Below are positions 15,881-27,500 of a DNA stretch of 64,000 bases, piece after piece (the first letter of the stretch is position 1; every line of letters starts with the position of its first letter). Source of the stretch: Octopus sinensis (taxonomy: Eukaryota); contig NC_043005.1 in assembly GCF_006345805.1 (NCBI RefSeq), forward strand, positions 107,756,001 to 107,820,000. The letters are read 5' to 3'. The position numbers and the translations under genes are program-made. Under the pieces are notes generated by a model. That model did not search any database and had not been told where the DNA came from. It worked only from the letters and a program-made list of their open reading frames with translations.

Positions 15881-16216
15881 AGGAGGTGAAAGATAAGATT
15901 GGAAGAAAGGGAGATAATAATGTGACGGCAATCCCAACTGAAGGTGCCCCTGCGTATGTCTGTATGTGACAATGGTGTGTATGAATGTGCAAGTGTGTGT
16001 GTGTGTGAATAGGGCCCAGTGACTTTGTCAAGTGTTTGACTACTCTGGATGTGTGCATGTGTAAGTGTGTGTGTTGTGTATGTTTGTGTGTGTGTGTAAT
16101 TGTGTGCGTCCGTAATGTGTGACTGCTAATTTAGTGGTATGTATTCTGATGTTATTGAAGATTGTGAGTGAGTGTGCGTGCGTGGATGACGGTGTGTGAT
16201 GTGGGGCTGGAAAGTG

Positions 16217-17073
16217 GATGTCAGCCTCCTTCGCATTTCATCCCACAGGTGCTCTATGGGGTTCAAGTTTGGACTTAGAGCGGGTACGGCAGTCTCTGGT
16301 TGTTGTGCTGTTGGAGGAAGTCTGCCATCAACCTGGCAGGGTTGTTCTCGTGTTGGAACACGTAATTTCGATGATGGGCAAAGTATGACAAAATGTTAGG
16401 CTTCAACACTACTCTATTTCCCCGGCCTTGGCCGATGTTTTGGAAGTCCACCGATTCAAGTTTCTTGTTCAGTGCAATCCCGCCCCATACCATGATGCTC
16501 TGTCCTCCCCATGAGTCTCTCTCCACCACACAGTCATCGGCATGACGTTCACCCTTTCTTCTCCAAACCCTAGCTCTACCAGCTGCCACAGAAATTCAAT
16601 ATCGACTTCCGTCAGAGAAGACTACAGTCTTCCACTGCTGATATCGCCAGTTCTGACGTTCTTGAGCCCACTGCAACGTGCCCGTCGATGACGATCTGTG
16701 AAGATGGGCCCCTAGCCGGAAGTCGACAAGAAAAATTGAAAGATGTCAGGCGGCAGCGAACTGTCTCTGCACAAATGGCTCTGTGGTGAGTCCCTGTGGT
16801 CTGCCTAGTTGATTCCGTTGCCATCCGGAATCAATCCTGCAAGTGCTGTCGGTGTAGGCGGCGATTTTGATATGCCGCTGTAACCCTCGGTCGGCTAATG
16901 CGTGGACAATCATCCTTGCTGTTTGTGGCATTGTATCGTTCCCTCAGCTGCTCAATTGTCCGAATACTGCCGTTCAAGTCATTGGCAATGACCCACGGAC
17001 GTTGACCAGCATGGAGACGTCCGATGACTGGCTCTCACTTGCTCTCTCTCTGATTTCATGTCAGTCTTGGCAT
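16217..17073 (-). mobile_element. Tc1-like transposase pseudogene
   Basis: Minus strand reads MPRLT*NQRERA at the start, then VFSDGSRY, GGQSIMVWGGI and PALSPNLNPIEHLWDEM, with frameshifts and stops. Confidence 0.85.
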
Positions 17074-17229
17074 GCTTGCTGCGTTCAGGAAACGAACGAT
17101 TTCTTTATTACCAACAGGGCGCCAAACATAGAGGGGACAATAGAAATACACAGTGGGGTCGCGAATGACTATTGCGTTAAAATGACTACATCATAAAAAT
17201 CTATGACCTAAAACGGATGAAAACACAAA

Positions 17230-17847
17230 CAATGGGACAATACAATGGAGTGAGAACCTGGTTCCACTTCGACCCCGCAAGCCCCGGTCCTTCACAGAAG
17301 CCTTGCCTTATTTCGATGGCTTACAATGAAGAGAAACCACTCATTCTCAACTATCGCGCCACATCCTTCCATCACGCGACAGACACCTCTTCTCCAGTTT
17401 TATTTTCCTTTTAAGATAGAAAATAAAAGAGCTCACTAGAGCGAGACCGGAGATGAAGGTGACTGTCGCTAATCCTTTCATTCTCGTCTTCCAATCCACC
17501 TCTTTTGATATAGCAACCACAGCGAGAAAACAAACTTTCTTTCTCGATTAAAGGAAGAAGGGGGAACAATCTTAATGATTGACTCAGAGGACCGTTGTAC
17601 TCCTCCTAGATATGACAGCAGCTGTTCGACGTAAACCCGAAGTACCGATATTCTCGGACACTGCACAATCGCATGCAGAGCGGTTTCGTCGTTCTGCTCA
17701 GCGCTGCAGTCCACAAGAGCTTCCTCCACCTCCGCACCTGTGATAGGCCCTTCACGGCACTCTGCCTCTCATCCCGAGAGACGCAGCAAACCGGAACCAT
17801 ATGAATTTTGAAGCAAGTTTCTTGCGACACAATCTTATAAAAAAGAC
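17230..17847 (-). mobile_element. 3' fragment of a Tx1/L1-like LINE (C-terminal zinc-binding region plus 3' UTR)
   Basis: CSAEQNDETALHAIVQCP fits the C..C...E...H....C zf-RVT pattern of L1/Tx1 ORF2. Confidence 0.65.
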
Positions 17848-17865
17848 AATACATCGGCCAGGAAT

Positions 17866-17911
<46 letters not shown>

Positions 17912-17915
<4 letters not shown>

Positions 17916-18866
17916 AAGGAAATAAAAAGTGGAACAACAACGCAAAACATCCGGACAGTTAGCTCATACAAAAAAGGGACAAGAAAAAACAAGGACGGAT
18001 CATTCAGAGTTTTCTTTCTTCAGTCGAGTTCCAGAGTATCTTTGCAATTTCGGGTGGTTATGCTCGAGATTGCTCCAATCTGGCCAGTCCCAAGGAAAAA
18101 CTTAGCTAAGAGCACTAGATTTCTTGGAAGAAAACAGCGAAGAAACGAAGTAATTGTTCACAAATACAAATGCAAATAACAAGACATTAACAACAAGTGT
18201 CTTTCGACTAAGGACGAATTAAATTATGCTGGCGTGTGTGGAAATGAAGCCTCACGGCAGGGATATAAGATATGGCAAGCATAGAGAGGAATATAGATGT
18301 TGCACGGATCGTAGTCGAACCAAGAAAGAAATTTAAGGCTTGGCCGAACACTGGTCACGTGGAGAGAGAGGAGAGATATAGAGGCAGAGGGATAGAAAAA
18401 TTAGGAAGAGACGAGAAAAAAGAAAAGGGACAGAGTGAAGTGAAAGCGGAGGAAAGGTATGATTGAAAAGAAAGCCAGGAAATGTGAGTGAGGGGGAATG
18501 AAAGAAAGATGAGTGGAAAGAACGAAGTGTGAAGGGACTGATAGAAAGAAAGAAAGAATGAAAGAATAAGAGTCGTACAAAATTTATATATATATATGCA
18601 CTTACATATAAGTGATCGAAGCGTACGTACGTCGCCATATGTATATTAAAAGGAATACAAAAATGGGACAAGAATGCAAAACATTCGGACAAATGATACA
18701 AAAAAGGGACAAGAAAAACAAGGACGGCTCATTCGGAGTTTTCTTTGCTCAGTTGAGTTCCAGATTATCTTCGCAATTTCAGCTGGTTATACTCGAGATT
18801 GCTCCAATCTGGCCATCTCCAAGGAAAAACTAAGAGCACTAGATTCCTTGTAAGAAAGCAACGAAT
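17912..18866. repeat. Two diverged direct copies of a ~220-bp interspersed repeat (17912-18141 and 18648-18866), possibly Penelope pLTR-like (family F)
   Basis: Both carry aaaaaagggacaagaaaaa(a)caaggacgg...ctcgagattgctccaatctggcca...aagagcactagatt. Confidence 0.75.
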
Positions 18867-19209
18867 GTATGTATGTGTGTATGTATGTATGTATGTGTGT
18901 ATGTATGTATGTATGTATGTATGTGTGTATGTATGTATGTATGTGTATGTGTGTTTGTGTGTTTATTAAAACACTCTTGAGTGATTCATGTGAATAGCAA
19001 AATTTTTATTCAACATTTTTGGTTCCTTGATCCATAGATAAATATATAAATTTGTAGACTATTTTCTTCAGTAGCTTACTCTTATAGCGTTCTTAAATTG
19101 GAAGATCTTTCGAAATTCTTTATACTTATCAACTTTATACTTATAACTTTGCCTTTCTTTTCATCAGAAACAACACGAGGGCTACTATATGTTAAGTTAA
19201 ATAAAAGTA

Positions 19210-19395
19210 GCAAGCTGTCAGAGTCCTTAGTCAGCTGAGGAAAAAGCTTAGCAAAAAAATTTTCCGGTTTTACGATTTAAGTTTAAATTCCAACAAAATC
19301 GATTTTGCTTTTGATCCTATCGAGTTCACTAAAATAAGTACCAGCTGAATACTGCGGTCGATGTAATCAACTAACTTCCTCCCCAACATTTCAGA
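19210..19395 (+). mobile_element. SINE family B, old copy
   Basis: aaaataagtaccagctgaatactgcggtcgatgtaatcaact matches the family B body. Confidence 0.6.
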
Positions 19396-20160
19396 TAGTA
19401 TTGTAAAAAAAAAAGGGAAGATAAGTCAGCTTAACTACATTTTCCTTTTCTTTTCAGTCTGGCCGAAGTGAGAAAATAGCTTTTCGAAATTATTGATAAT
19501 CTAGTGATTAATAATGTATACATCCATATAAGGATTGTCTGAAATATCTCTGGTTTTTCAAAGTGCAGGACTCTAACTAGTTTAGAAAAGATTTATATTG
19601 AATCTTCAGTTGAAGAAACTAAAATCTGCCATTGTAATATAATCTGTTTCAAGGATCCAACAATGTGAATTATTAAAATGTTGAAATCTTTGTAAATAAG
19701 TTCCTTAACTATTTCATCACAATACACTAATATTCCAAATTATTTAAACAGCAAAATTATGACGTTATCTGAAACTGCCTGACTAAACGAAGACGGCAGG
19801 TACTCCAAGTCACACAATAGTCGTTGAAAATCACTTAACAGACACAATAATCTAGACCCAATTCTGTGAACATTTATCAGGATATTCACACGAATAGGTA
19901 ATAAGGGTACTTATTGAACTGACAAAATGAAAAGATGGCTCTTGCACACTTTATACAGAGCTTTCCCGTCAAACAATTTGCAGCATCAGTCTCAGATGAC
20001 GCACATCTGCACAAGTCATACATAAAAAATTGTGAGACCGGTTTCGAAACCAGGGTTTAAATCATAATTCAACCTACAGTTCTATATTTAAGAGATGAGG
20101 AATTATGTACATTATTTACATTATTTACATTTGACGGATATTTGTCCTCATTTTGCTGTT

Positions 20161-20206
20161 AACACAACGTTTCCACTGATATACCCTCCAGCCTTCATCA
20201 GGTGTC
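20161..20206 (-). ncRNA. Minimal type I hammerhead ribozyme motif (stem II damaged)
   Basis: gacac CTGATGA a ggctg-gagggtatat-cagtg GAAAC GTT gtgtt. Confidence 0.6.
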
Positions 20207-20261
20207 CTGAGGAAATTTCGAACTTGGGTTCTCATTCCTAAGGCATTTTTCGATGTTGTTG

Positions 20262-20318
<57 letters not shown>

Positions 20319-20566
20319 GGAATCGGAATTATTATTCGGAATCTTGGGGTTAGTAGCCCGCGTTCTTAATCACTATGCCACGGCATATTACGTAGTGATT
20401 AAGAGCGCGTGCTACTAACCCCAAGATGCCGAGTTCGATTCCAGGCAGTGACCTGAATAATAAAATTTAAAATACTACTACTAATAATAATAATAACAAC
20501 AACAACGAAAACAACAACATTGAAAAGTACCTTAGAAATGAGAACCCAGTTTCGAAATTTCTCCAA

Positions 20567-20612
20567 GACACCTGATGAAGGCTGGAGGGTATATCAGCCG
20601 AAACAATGTGTT
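20567..20612 (+). ncRNA. Minimal type I hammerhead ribozyme motif (cleavage triplet mutated)
   Basis: gacac CTGATGA a ggctg-gagggtatat-cagcc GAAAC aat gtgtt. Confidence 0.6.
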
Positions 20613-21627
20613 AACAACAAAGAAGATGAAGACAAATATCCGTCAAATGTAAATAATGTATAATTCAACCTTTATACATAGGGTAAAAATAATCATTATC
20701 AAACCACAAATGGCATTATCACAACATTATTAACTTCACTACTACTCTATATTTCAATTCGGCAATAAATAACCACTTTGCATTAAAATATGAGGCTCCT
20801 GTAAATATAGATTTACTTCATGCTCACCAAATGAACCGATGCTTTAAATACAAGATCAGAACTAATCTCTAAATACCGCGATGAAAGAAAGTACATTCTC
20901 TCAATCTTTATCAGAAACATTCACCTTACACTAAGCAAATGCTACCATCCAAACGATCAATGTACATGTGCCAGTATATCAGTGTACATACATGTGAATG
21001 TATCTATATGTATATATGCGTGTGTATACACACACACATGCATGTGTGTATGTTTCATGTGAAGTAATGCACAATAAACTTTCTAGTTTAATCTGAGTGT
21101 GAAAGTATTTTTATACATGAAAATGTACGTAGACTTATGTTTGTGCCAACTGTAAAAAAGTGATTAGAAATTTATAAAGTTACTTCCCTTAGATTCTTTC
21201 CAATGATAAACGTATGTGTTTGCTATACGTCAATTTATGATATTATACAAAGTGAATATATATGTATGAAATATTTATATATCTAATTATTTGCATATGA
21301 CTCTGTATGTATATCCACATATATGTGTGTTTCTATGCACGCTTGTCTCTACTTGTAAACACGCAAACAGTCGGATATCAGTAGATATCTTGCCCATACG
21401 CAAGTCAAAGCAAAGGCAACTACATAACAACTATGACGGACTAGCTGCTCAATCAGCCAGTGTACTTGAGAATATCAAGCCACGTGAAACTCCGAGTATT
21501 GGATTGGAACAGACTTGTTCTATAATAGAACAAACACCCACATGTATGCGTATGTATGTATGCATGTATGTATGTATGTATATATGAATGTATGTATGTA
21601 TGTATGTATGTATGTATGTGTGTGTGT

Positions 21628-21687
<60 letters not shown>

Positions 21688-22243
21688 TACATACACGCAT
21701 ATACGTATGTATATGCATATGAATATGAGTGTGTGTGCCTGTATGCTTGCACATATATATGTATAAACGCTCAGGCGAATAAACTTATTCATGAATATGT
21801 GTGTATATGTATGTATGCATTTATACATATATATGTGTACATATATACAAAAACATACACACACACACACACACACACACATATATGAATATATATGAAT
21901 ATATATTTATACAGTTTTGATTGAATATAAATATCTTATTTACCAATCTTAGAATCGGTCTAATTGAAGAAAATCAATGTAGATTTCTTCATTGAGATTG
22001 AAACATCTATGGGCAATTTCCTCTCTTAGATTCCGAGTGAAATGTTCTTGGACAATGGCACATATTGTTACCATCGCAGATGAAATGGCGTTATTGTCAA
22101 GTTGGTCCCAGGAGATAAAACGTGGTTGAATTCCATAGGTCAACTGGAGTTTAACCTCTCAAAAGATGAAAAAAATATCGAATATTGGCCAGTCCATACA
22201 TAACACGCGCACGTACACAAGTTTATGTACACACACACACACA

Positions 22244-22359
<116 letters not shown>

Positions 22360-22394
22360 GTATGCAACCATGTATGTATATATGTGTATGTGCG

Positions 22395-22444
<50 letters not shown>

Positions 22445-22627
22445 TGAGTACGTGTATGTGTATGTGCTTAATTAATGTTTATATGTAGATATTGATTTGT
22501 AATTTGTCTGTCTGTAAAACAAACATACACACTTACACATACATACATGCATGCATATGTGTGCATATATATATACACATATGTATGTATATATACATAT
22601 ACATTTACACACACGCGCGCACTCACG

Positions 22628-22670
<43 letters not shown>

Positions 22671-23141
22671 GTATTTATTCTTACATAAAATACAGGCATG
22701 GCATAGGTGTATGTTGGGCGAGTTTCTTCTATAGCTAATTTCTTCCGGGCCGACCAATGTTTTGTGAGTCGCATTTAGAAGCCAGAAACTACACTGAAGC
22801 CTGTGGTGCACAGAATCATACACATACCCCCCCCCCCACGCACACACATACCTTACACACGCATATACTTGTATCTCTGCTTAGCCTTATATTTGTATTC
22901 AACAACTGTTGTTGATTTGTTTGGGTCTCTGTTACAGGGTTTCGGCAGAAATTACGAGCCGTAAAAGTAAGCCGGTTTCTTCCATTAAATTCCTCAATGC
23001 GGTTCTTTGGCATGCCTATAATCCAGTGACTGGTGGTTTTGTTACGAATTCGAGTGCGCGGACGTGCTGTGTGTTTGTGGGTGTACACACACACGCACAT
23101 ACACACACACACACACACGCTCCAAAGGTTAAACATATATA

Positions 23142-23181
<40 letters not shown>

Positions 23182-23322
23182 CAGGGTAGGGCAGTGAGGA
23201 CGGGCGTTTTTGAAAAATTCACAAAATCTTTAACTTTAGCTGCAAAGAATTTTATTGATATTTCGTTTTTGAATTTGGTTTGCAGGATTATTTATATGAG
23301 TTCATGTGTTGAAGCATATTCT

Positions 23323-23492
23323 GTTGTGTCTGGGGAGAGTTATTTTCTTTTTGTGCCTTATAATATAACACATTCACCGGTAAAATTTCCCCCTTTTTTA
23401 GGAAAATAAAAATAAGAAAAAAGTGGAAATTTTACCGGTGAGTGTGTTATATTATAAGGCACAAAAAGTAAATGACTCTCCCCAGACACGAC
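23323..23492. repeat. Inverted repeat, ~76-bp arms with a ~17-bp A-rich spacer
   Basis: gttgtgtctggggagagt...caccggtaaaatttcc / ggaaattttaccggtg...actctccccagacacgac. Confidence 0.9.
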
Positions 23493-23544
23493 AAATTTTT
23501 ATTGACATTAATGTTTTCGTATTGAATTAGCAGTTGTTGAAAAG

Positions 23545-25320
23545 AGATGATGATTCTAAGACAACCACAGTCAAAGAAACAGCCGACCTGCTGAACACTT
23601 ACTTTCGGAGTGTCTTCACTGTATAGAAGGAAGGCGATCTACCAGACATACCAGAGTACACGTATGACACAGAGCCGACCAACTCATACATTTCTGTGGA
23701 AAATGTTCACTAGCAGCTGACAAGCCTGAAGATTACCAAGGCCCCAGGTCCGGATTGAATCAGCCTACGCATACTTTCCAAGCTATCGGATGTGCTCGCT
23801 ATGTCAATCCCACTTGCGTACAGAAAATCAATGGAGACAAGCAAAATCCCAGTCGACTGGAGAAGTGCTAACGTCACCCCCATATTCAAGAAAGGGAGCC
23901 GTTTTGCGGTCAACAACTAAAAGGCCAGTACGCTTGACCTGCGTACTGTGTAAGGTGGTGGAGATGTTTGTTCGTGAGCACATCATTGAACAACTGCGGC
24001 GAAACAACCTCATCAACCAAGAACAGCATGGGTTCACAAGGGGGAGATCATGTGTGGCGCAACCGCTTGACGTTCTTGACATCTGGACGGAGGCCTTGGC
24101 TGCAGGGGGAGGAGTCGATGCAATCTACATGGTTGGCTTGTAGCCAAAGTAGAAGCTCACGGTATCAAGGGAAATGTCCTTCAGTGGATCCGGGACTTCT
24201 TGAGCCACCGGTCACAACGAGTCTGTGTCAACGGCGTGAAGTCAGAGAGAGAAGAGGTAACAAGTGGCATTCAACAAGGCAGTGTCATTGGCCCAGTACT
24301 GTTTCCCATGTATATAATCGATCTACTTCGGCATATCCAGAGCCACAGCAGGTTATTTGCTGACGGCACAAAGATCTTCGCAAGGAATGATGTTCATGTG
24401 ACCATGGCAACGCTGCAAGACGACCTGGATCGCCTTCACAAGTGGTCGACGAACTGGCAAATACGATTCCATCCTGAGAAGTGTTCCCTCTTAAGAGTTG
24501 GGAACCCGAAGACGGACAGGAAATACTATATATGAGAGGCCATGATGCACAGGGGGAACTGACTATGGTGGAGCTAGCAGAAAGTGAAATGGAGGGGGAT
24601 CTTGCCGTCTTGATCGACAAAGGACTGACCTTCAGGAACCACATAAACCAAGTAAATCGAATCCTTGGAGTCATCCGATGATCATTTGAATATCATAACT
24701 CCTGCTGTCTTCGTTCAGTTGTACAACTCTCTAGTTCGTCCGATTCTTGAATATGGACACACAGTTTGGCAACCCCGGCATGAAGCAATGCGCTGCGAGT
24801 TGGATAATGTTCAGAAGCGTACCACCAAGCTCATTGCATCTTTGAAAGAAAAGCCATACCTAAAGCACTTGGCTGCACTAAACCTGCCTAGTATCGAACA
24901 TCACCGTCTCAGTGGGGATATGATCAACATGTATAAGTATAGGCACGGCCTGTATCTAACCAACCGCCCTCAATTCAATTACTTCCAAGGCACAAGTACG
25001 AGAGGACACAGCCTGAAATTGGAAAGATCCCATTGCAGGCTCAACAATAGAAGCTCCTTTTTTTCGTACAGCGTGTGACCGCCACCTGGAACAGTCTACC
25101 AAACAGTCTGGTCGCAGCTCCATCAGCCAATGCCTTCAAGAACAGGCTTGACGCTCACTGGAGGGAGATTCCTGCAAAATTTGACCCTGTCTGTTACTAT
25201 TAGCTACAACTGTCCAAGTGTTGTACCGCACATGACAAATTAGTTGTACTAGTGGAAAAGGACCTGTGAACAAGCTGCCAGGAGCTTCAACACGGAAACC
25301 ATTCAGCATCCAGTGAGTGT
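23545..25320 (+). mobile_element. 5'-truncated CR1-clade LINE (RT pseudogene plus 3' UTR)
   Basis: Motifs in the expected order across frameshifts: LNTYFRSVFT, KAPGPD, PVDWRSANVTPIFKKG, QHGF, QQGSVIGP, LFADGTK, LVRPILEY, TRGHSLKL, WNSLP. Confidence 0.93.
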
Positions 25321-25329
25321 GAACAGCGA

Positions 25330-25820
25330 CATCCATCATGTAATGTCCGTTTTCATTCATGCATTACTGAAGGCATTCTTGGTAGTTGGCCTCCACCCTC
25401 TCCAGCATTGCTCTGTGCATAGTTCCATGTTTCCAACTGTTGCCCAATGATCAATTTTTACGGGTGGAAACGCAGGTCTATATGCAAAATACGCCTTACT
25501 GATCGATTACCAATGCCAAGTTCAGTGGTATGCCGCCGAGCAGAGCGATTTGGATTCCGTATCAAAGCTTGTCTGACGCGTTCCACAGTTTCCGGAGTCC
25601 GTACCGTTCGTGGCGCCGCCACTGGTCTCCTATTCATTAGTGTACCTCGTGTACGATGTGCATTCACCCAACGTAAGATTGTGTTACGTGTGGGAACAGC
25701 CTGATTTCAGTAAATATTGAAGTGGCGCCGAGACTCGCGCTGAAATTTTTTGACAAACTCATTATTCTTCACGCAACTGTCGTAGGCAAACACGCGATGC
25801 TCTATCGTCCACAGCACCAT
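25330..25820 (-). mobile_element. Internally deleted Tc1/mariner-superfamily transposase (DUF4817-like HTH N-terminus joined to the extreme C-terminus)
   Basis: MVLWTIEHRVFAY...PTRNTILRWV...PRTVRTPETVERVRQAL...SARR...LRFHP is followed shortly by MLERVEANY...CMNENGHY; the catalytic DDD region is absent. Confidence 0.75.
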
Positions 25821-26111
25821 GGCTTCACCGGTTTCAAAAGTTAAAAAGAAGCACAATAAAAAGCGAACGGGAGATTCATATGCAAATCGTGGTCAAGCAC
25901 TTTCTTCGTCTGTTATCGTCCAAAAACTCATAACTTCACGCTTGGCGTTACGTTAAATGATAAGTTTCAAAACGTAAACAGTAGCACGATAAGAAATGCA
26001 CAGAAAATTCACAGCGTTTGTCTTCCAGGAATTTCATCATGTTAAACCGTTAACCTCTACACAATTTCCCTTTTCCACCTCTCTCTCTCTCTTTCTTTCT
26101 GTATGTCTCTC

Positions 26112-26156
<45 letters not shown>

Positions 26157-26159
26157 ATT

Positions 26160-26290
26160 CTTTTACTGTCATCCCTCTCTGTCGAAGCTCGAAACGTCTA
26201 AGACTTTTCCATTCTTCCTGAGCGTCAAACTGATACACCACCTTGTTATTCCCTTGTCTGTCTTTGTCGTTTGTTTTCTATACATGTGAA
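26160..26290 (+). mobile_element. Penelope pLTR relic (family D) with hammerhead stem II deleted
   Basis: ctgtcgaagctcgaaacgtctaagac...cctgagcgtcaaactgatac is homologous to 28050-28225. Confidence 0.65.
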
Positions 26291-26324
26291 CCACACACTC
26301 ACACACACACACATACATATATAG

Positions 26325-26470
26325 TTAAACTTTATAGAAAAACAAAAGACGAAGACCGGTGTATAAACAACAAGCAGGTGGATTAGTTTGACGCTCAAGA
26401 AGGTGATAAAGTCTTTTACGCTTCGAGCCTACGCTCTTCAACAGAAAGGAACACGAGAAACAAAGAGAGA
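26325..26470 (-). mobile_element. Penelope pLTR relic (family D) with hammerhead-like motif at 26413-26448
   Basis: Reverse complement reads cttt CTGTTGA a gagc-gtag-gctc GAAGC GTA aaag. Confidence 0.7.
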
Positions 26471-26474
26471 ATAT

Positions 26475-26541
<67 letters not shown>

Positions 26542-27094
26542 TATATATATATGCATATACTATATATATATGTTGACAGCCATGTTCAGTTAACACCTTT
26601 ATTTGCGTTTGAGCCTGTCAGAGTATTTTACCCGAGAATTCATTTACTGCAATCGCACCAAACCTCCAATATTCTTAAGTGAACTTCGTATCCACACAAC
26701 GCTCATAGACATTTGTAATCAATAAGATTACATCAATCTGGTACATGATCAAAATATTATCTTCCTCGTGAAGCGTAAAAAACATGTCTGCTTTGCTTGG
26801 CCGAGAATTATAGCACTTCAGGCAAATCTTAGAATTACTTCACAAGAAATTTTGTTGAAATTCATAGAGGAACATAGAATTTTTTCAACGTCGTATTCTG
26901 AATTTGAGTCGAATAGTTTCTCAAGTGTAGTGAGACTTGACATATTTAAAACCATATTGGAAATATTTAAACTTTCTTTATTCTTTTTCACTGGACAATC
27001 GCAAATGGGTAAAAATTCTATGCCAGTTTAAAATACTGCTTCCTTGCAATGAATACGACGGATTATTGCTAACGTGAAACCTTTGTTTTCAATA

Positions 27095-27500
27095 AGTGGC
27101 TGTGTGGCAAGTAGCGTGTTTACCAACCACATGGTTCCGGGTTCAGTCCCACTGCGTGGCACCTTGGGCAAGTGTCTTCTACTATAGCCTCGGGCCAACT
27201 AAAGCCTTGTGAGTGGATTTGGTTGACGGAAACTGAAAGAAGCCCATCGTATATATATATATATATGTCTGTGTGTGTGTGTGTGTATGTTTATGTGTTG
27301 TGTTTATGTGTTTGTGTGTCTGTGTCCCCCAACGTCACTTGACAACCGATGCTGGTGTGTTTACTTAGCGGTTCTGCAAAAGAGACCGATAGAATAAGTA
27401 CTAGGCTTACAAAGAATAAGTCCTGGGGTTGATTTGATCGACTAAAGGCGGTGCTCCAGCATGGCCGCAGTCAAATGGCTGAAACAAGTAAAAGAGAGAG
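27095..27500 (+). mobile_element. SINE family A, near full length
   Basis: tRNA-like head, ccttgggcaagtgtcttc, internal (AT)/(TG) tract, tail ...gctccagcatggccgcagtcaaatg.ctgaaacaagtaaaagag. Confidence 0.92.

Larger units (their letters stand above)
20076..20659. mobile_element. Palindromic non-autonomous element: two head-to-head units of tRNA-like head + (AAT/AAC)n + hammerhead-bearing tail, flanked by a 12-bp TSD
   Basis: Arms are inverted about 20380/20381. ataattcaacct occurs at 20064-20075 and 20660-20671. B box gagttcgattcc at 20431-20442. CTGATGA...GAAAC is present in both arms. Confidence 0.85.

Noticed and set aside
19440-19500. Polypyrimidine tract plus cag acceptor
   Set aside because: All three frames stop within about 40 nt and there is no partner exon.
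20382-20455. tRNA gene
   Set aside because: No pairing acceptor stem and a mutated A box; it is an element head, not a functional tRNA.
21949-22190. 64-aa ORF; opposite strand has ADEMALL resembling RT YADD.ALL
   Set aside because: Possibly an RTE relic, but single-motif evidence only.
26600-27030. Minus-strand QIDVILL resembling an APE endonuclease motif, and an 87-aa ORF
   Set aside because: Too decayed to support a call.
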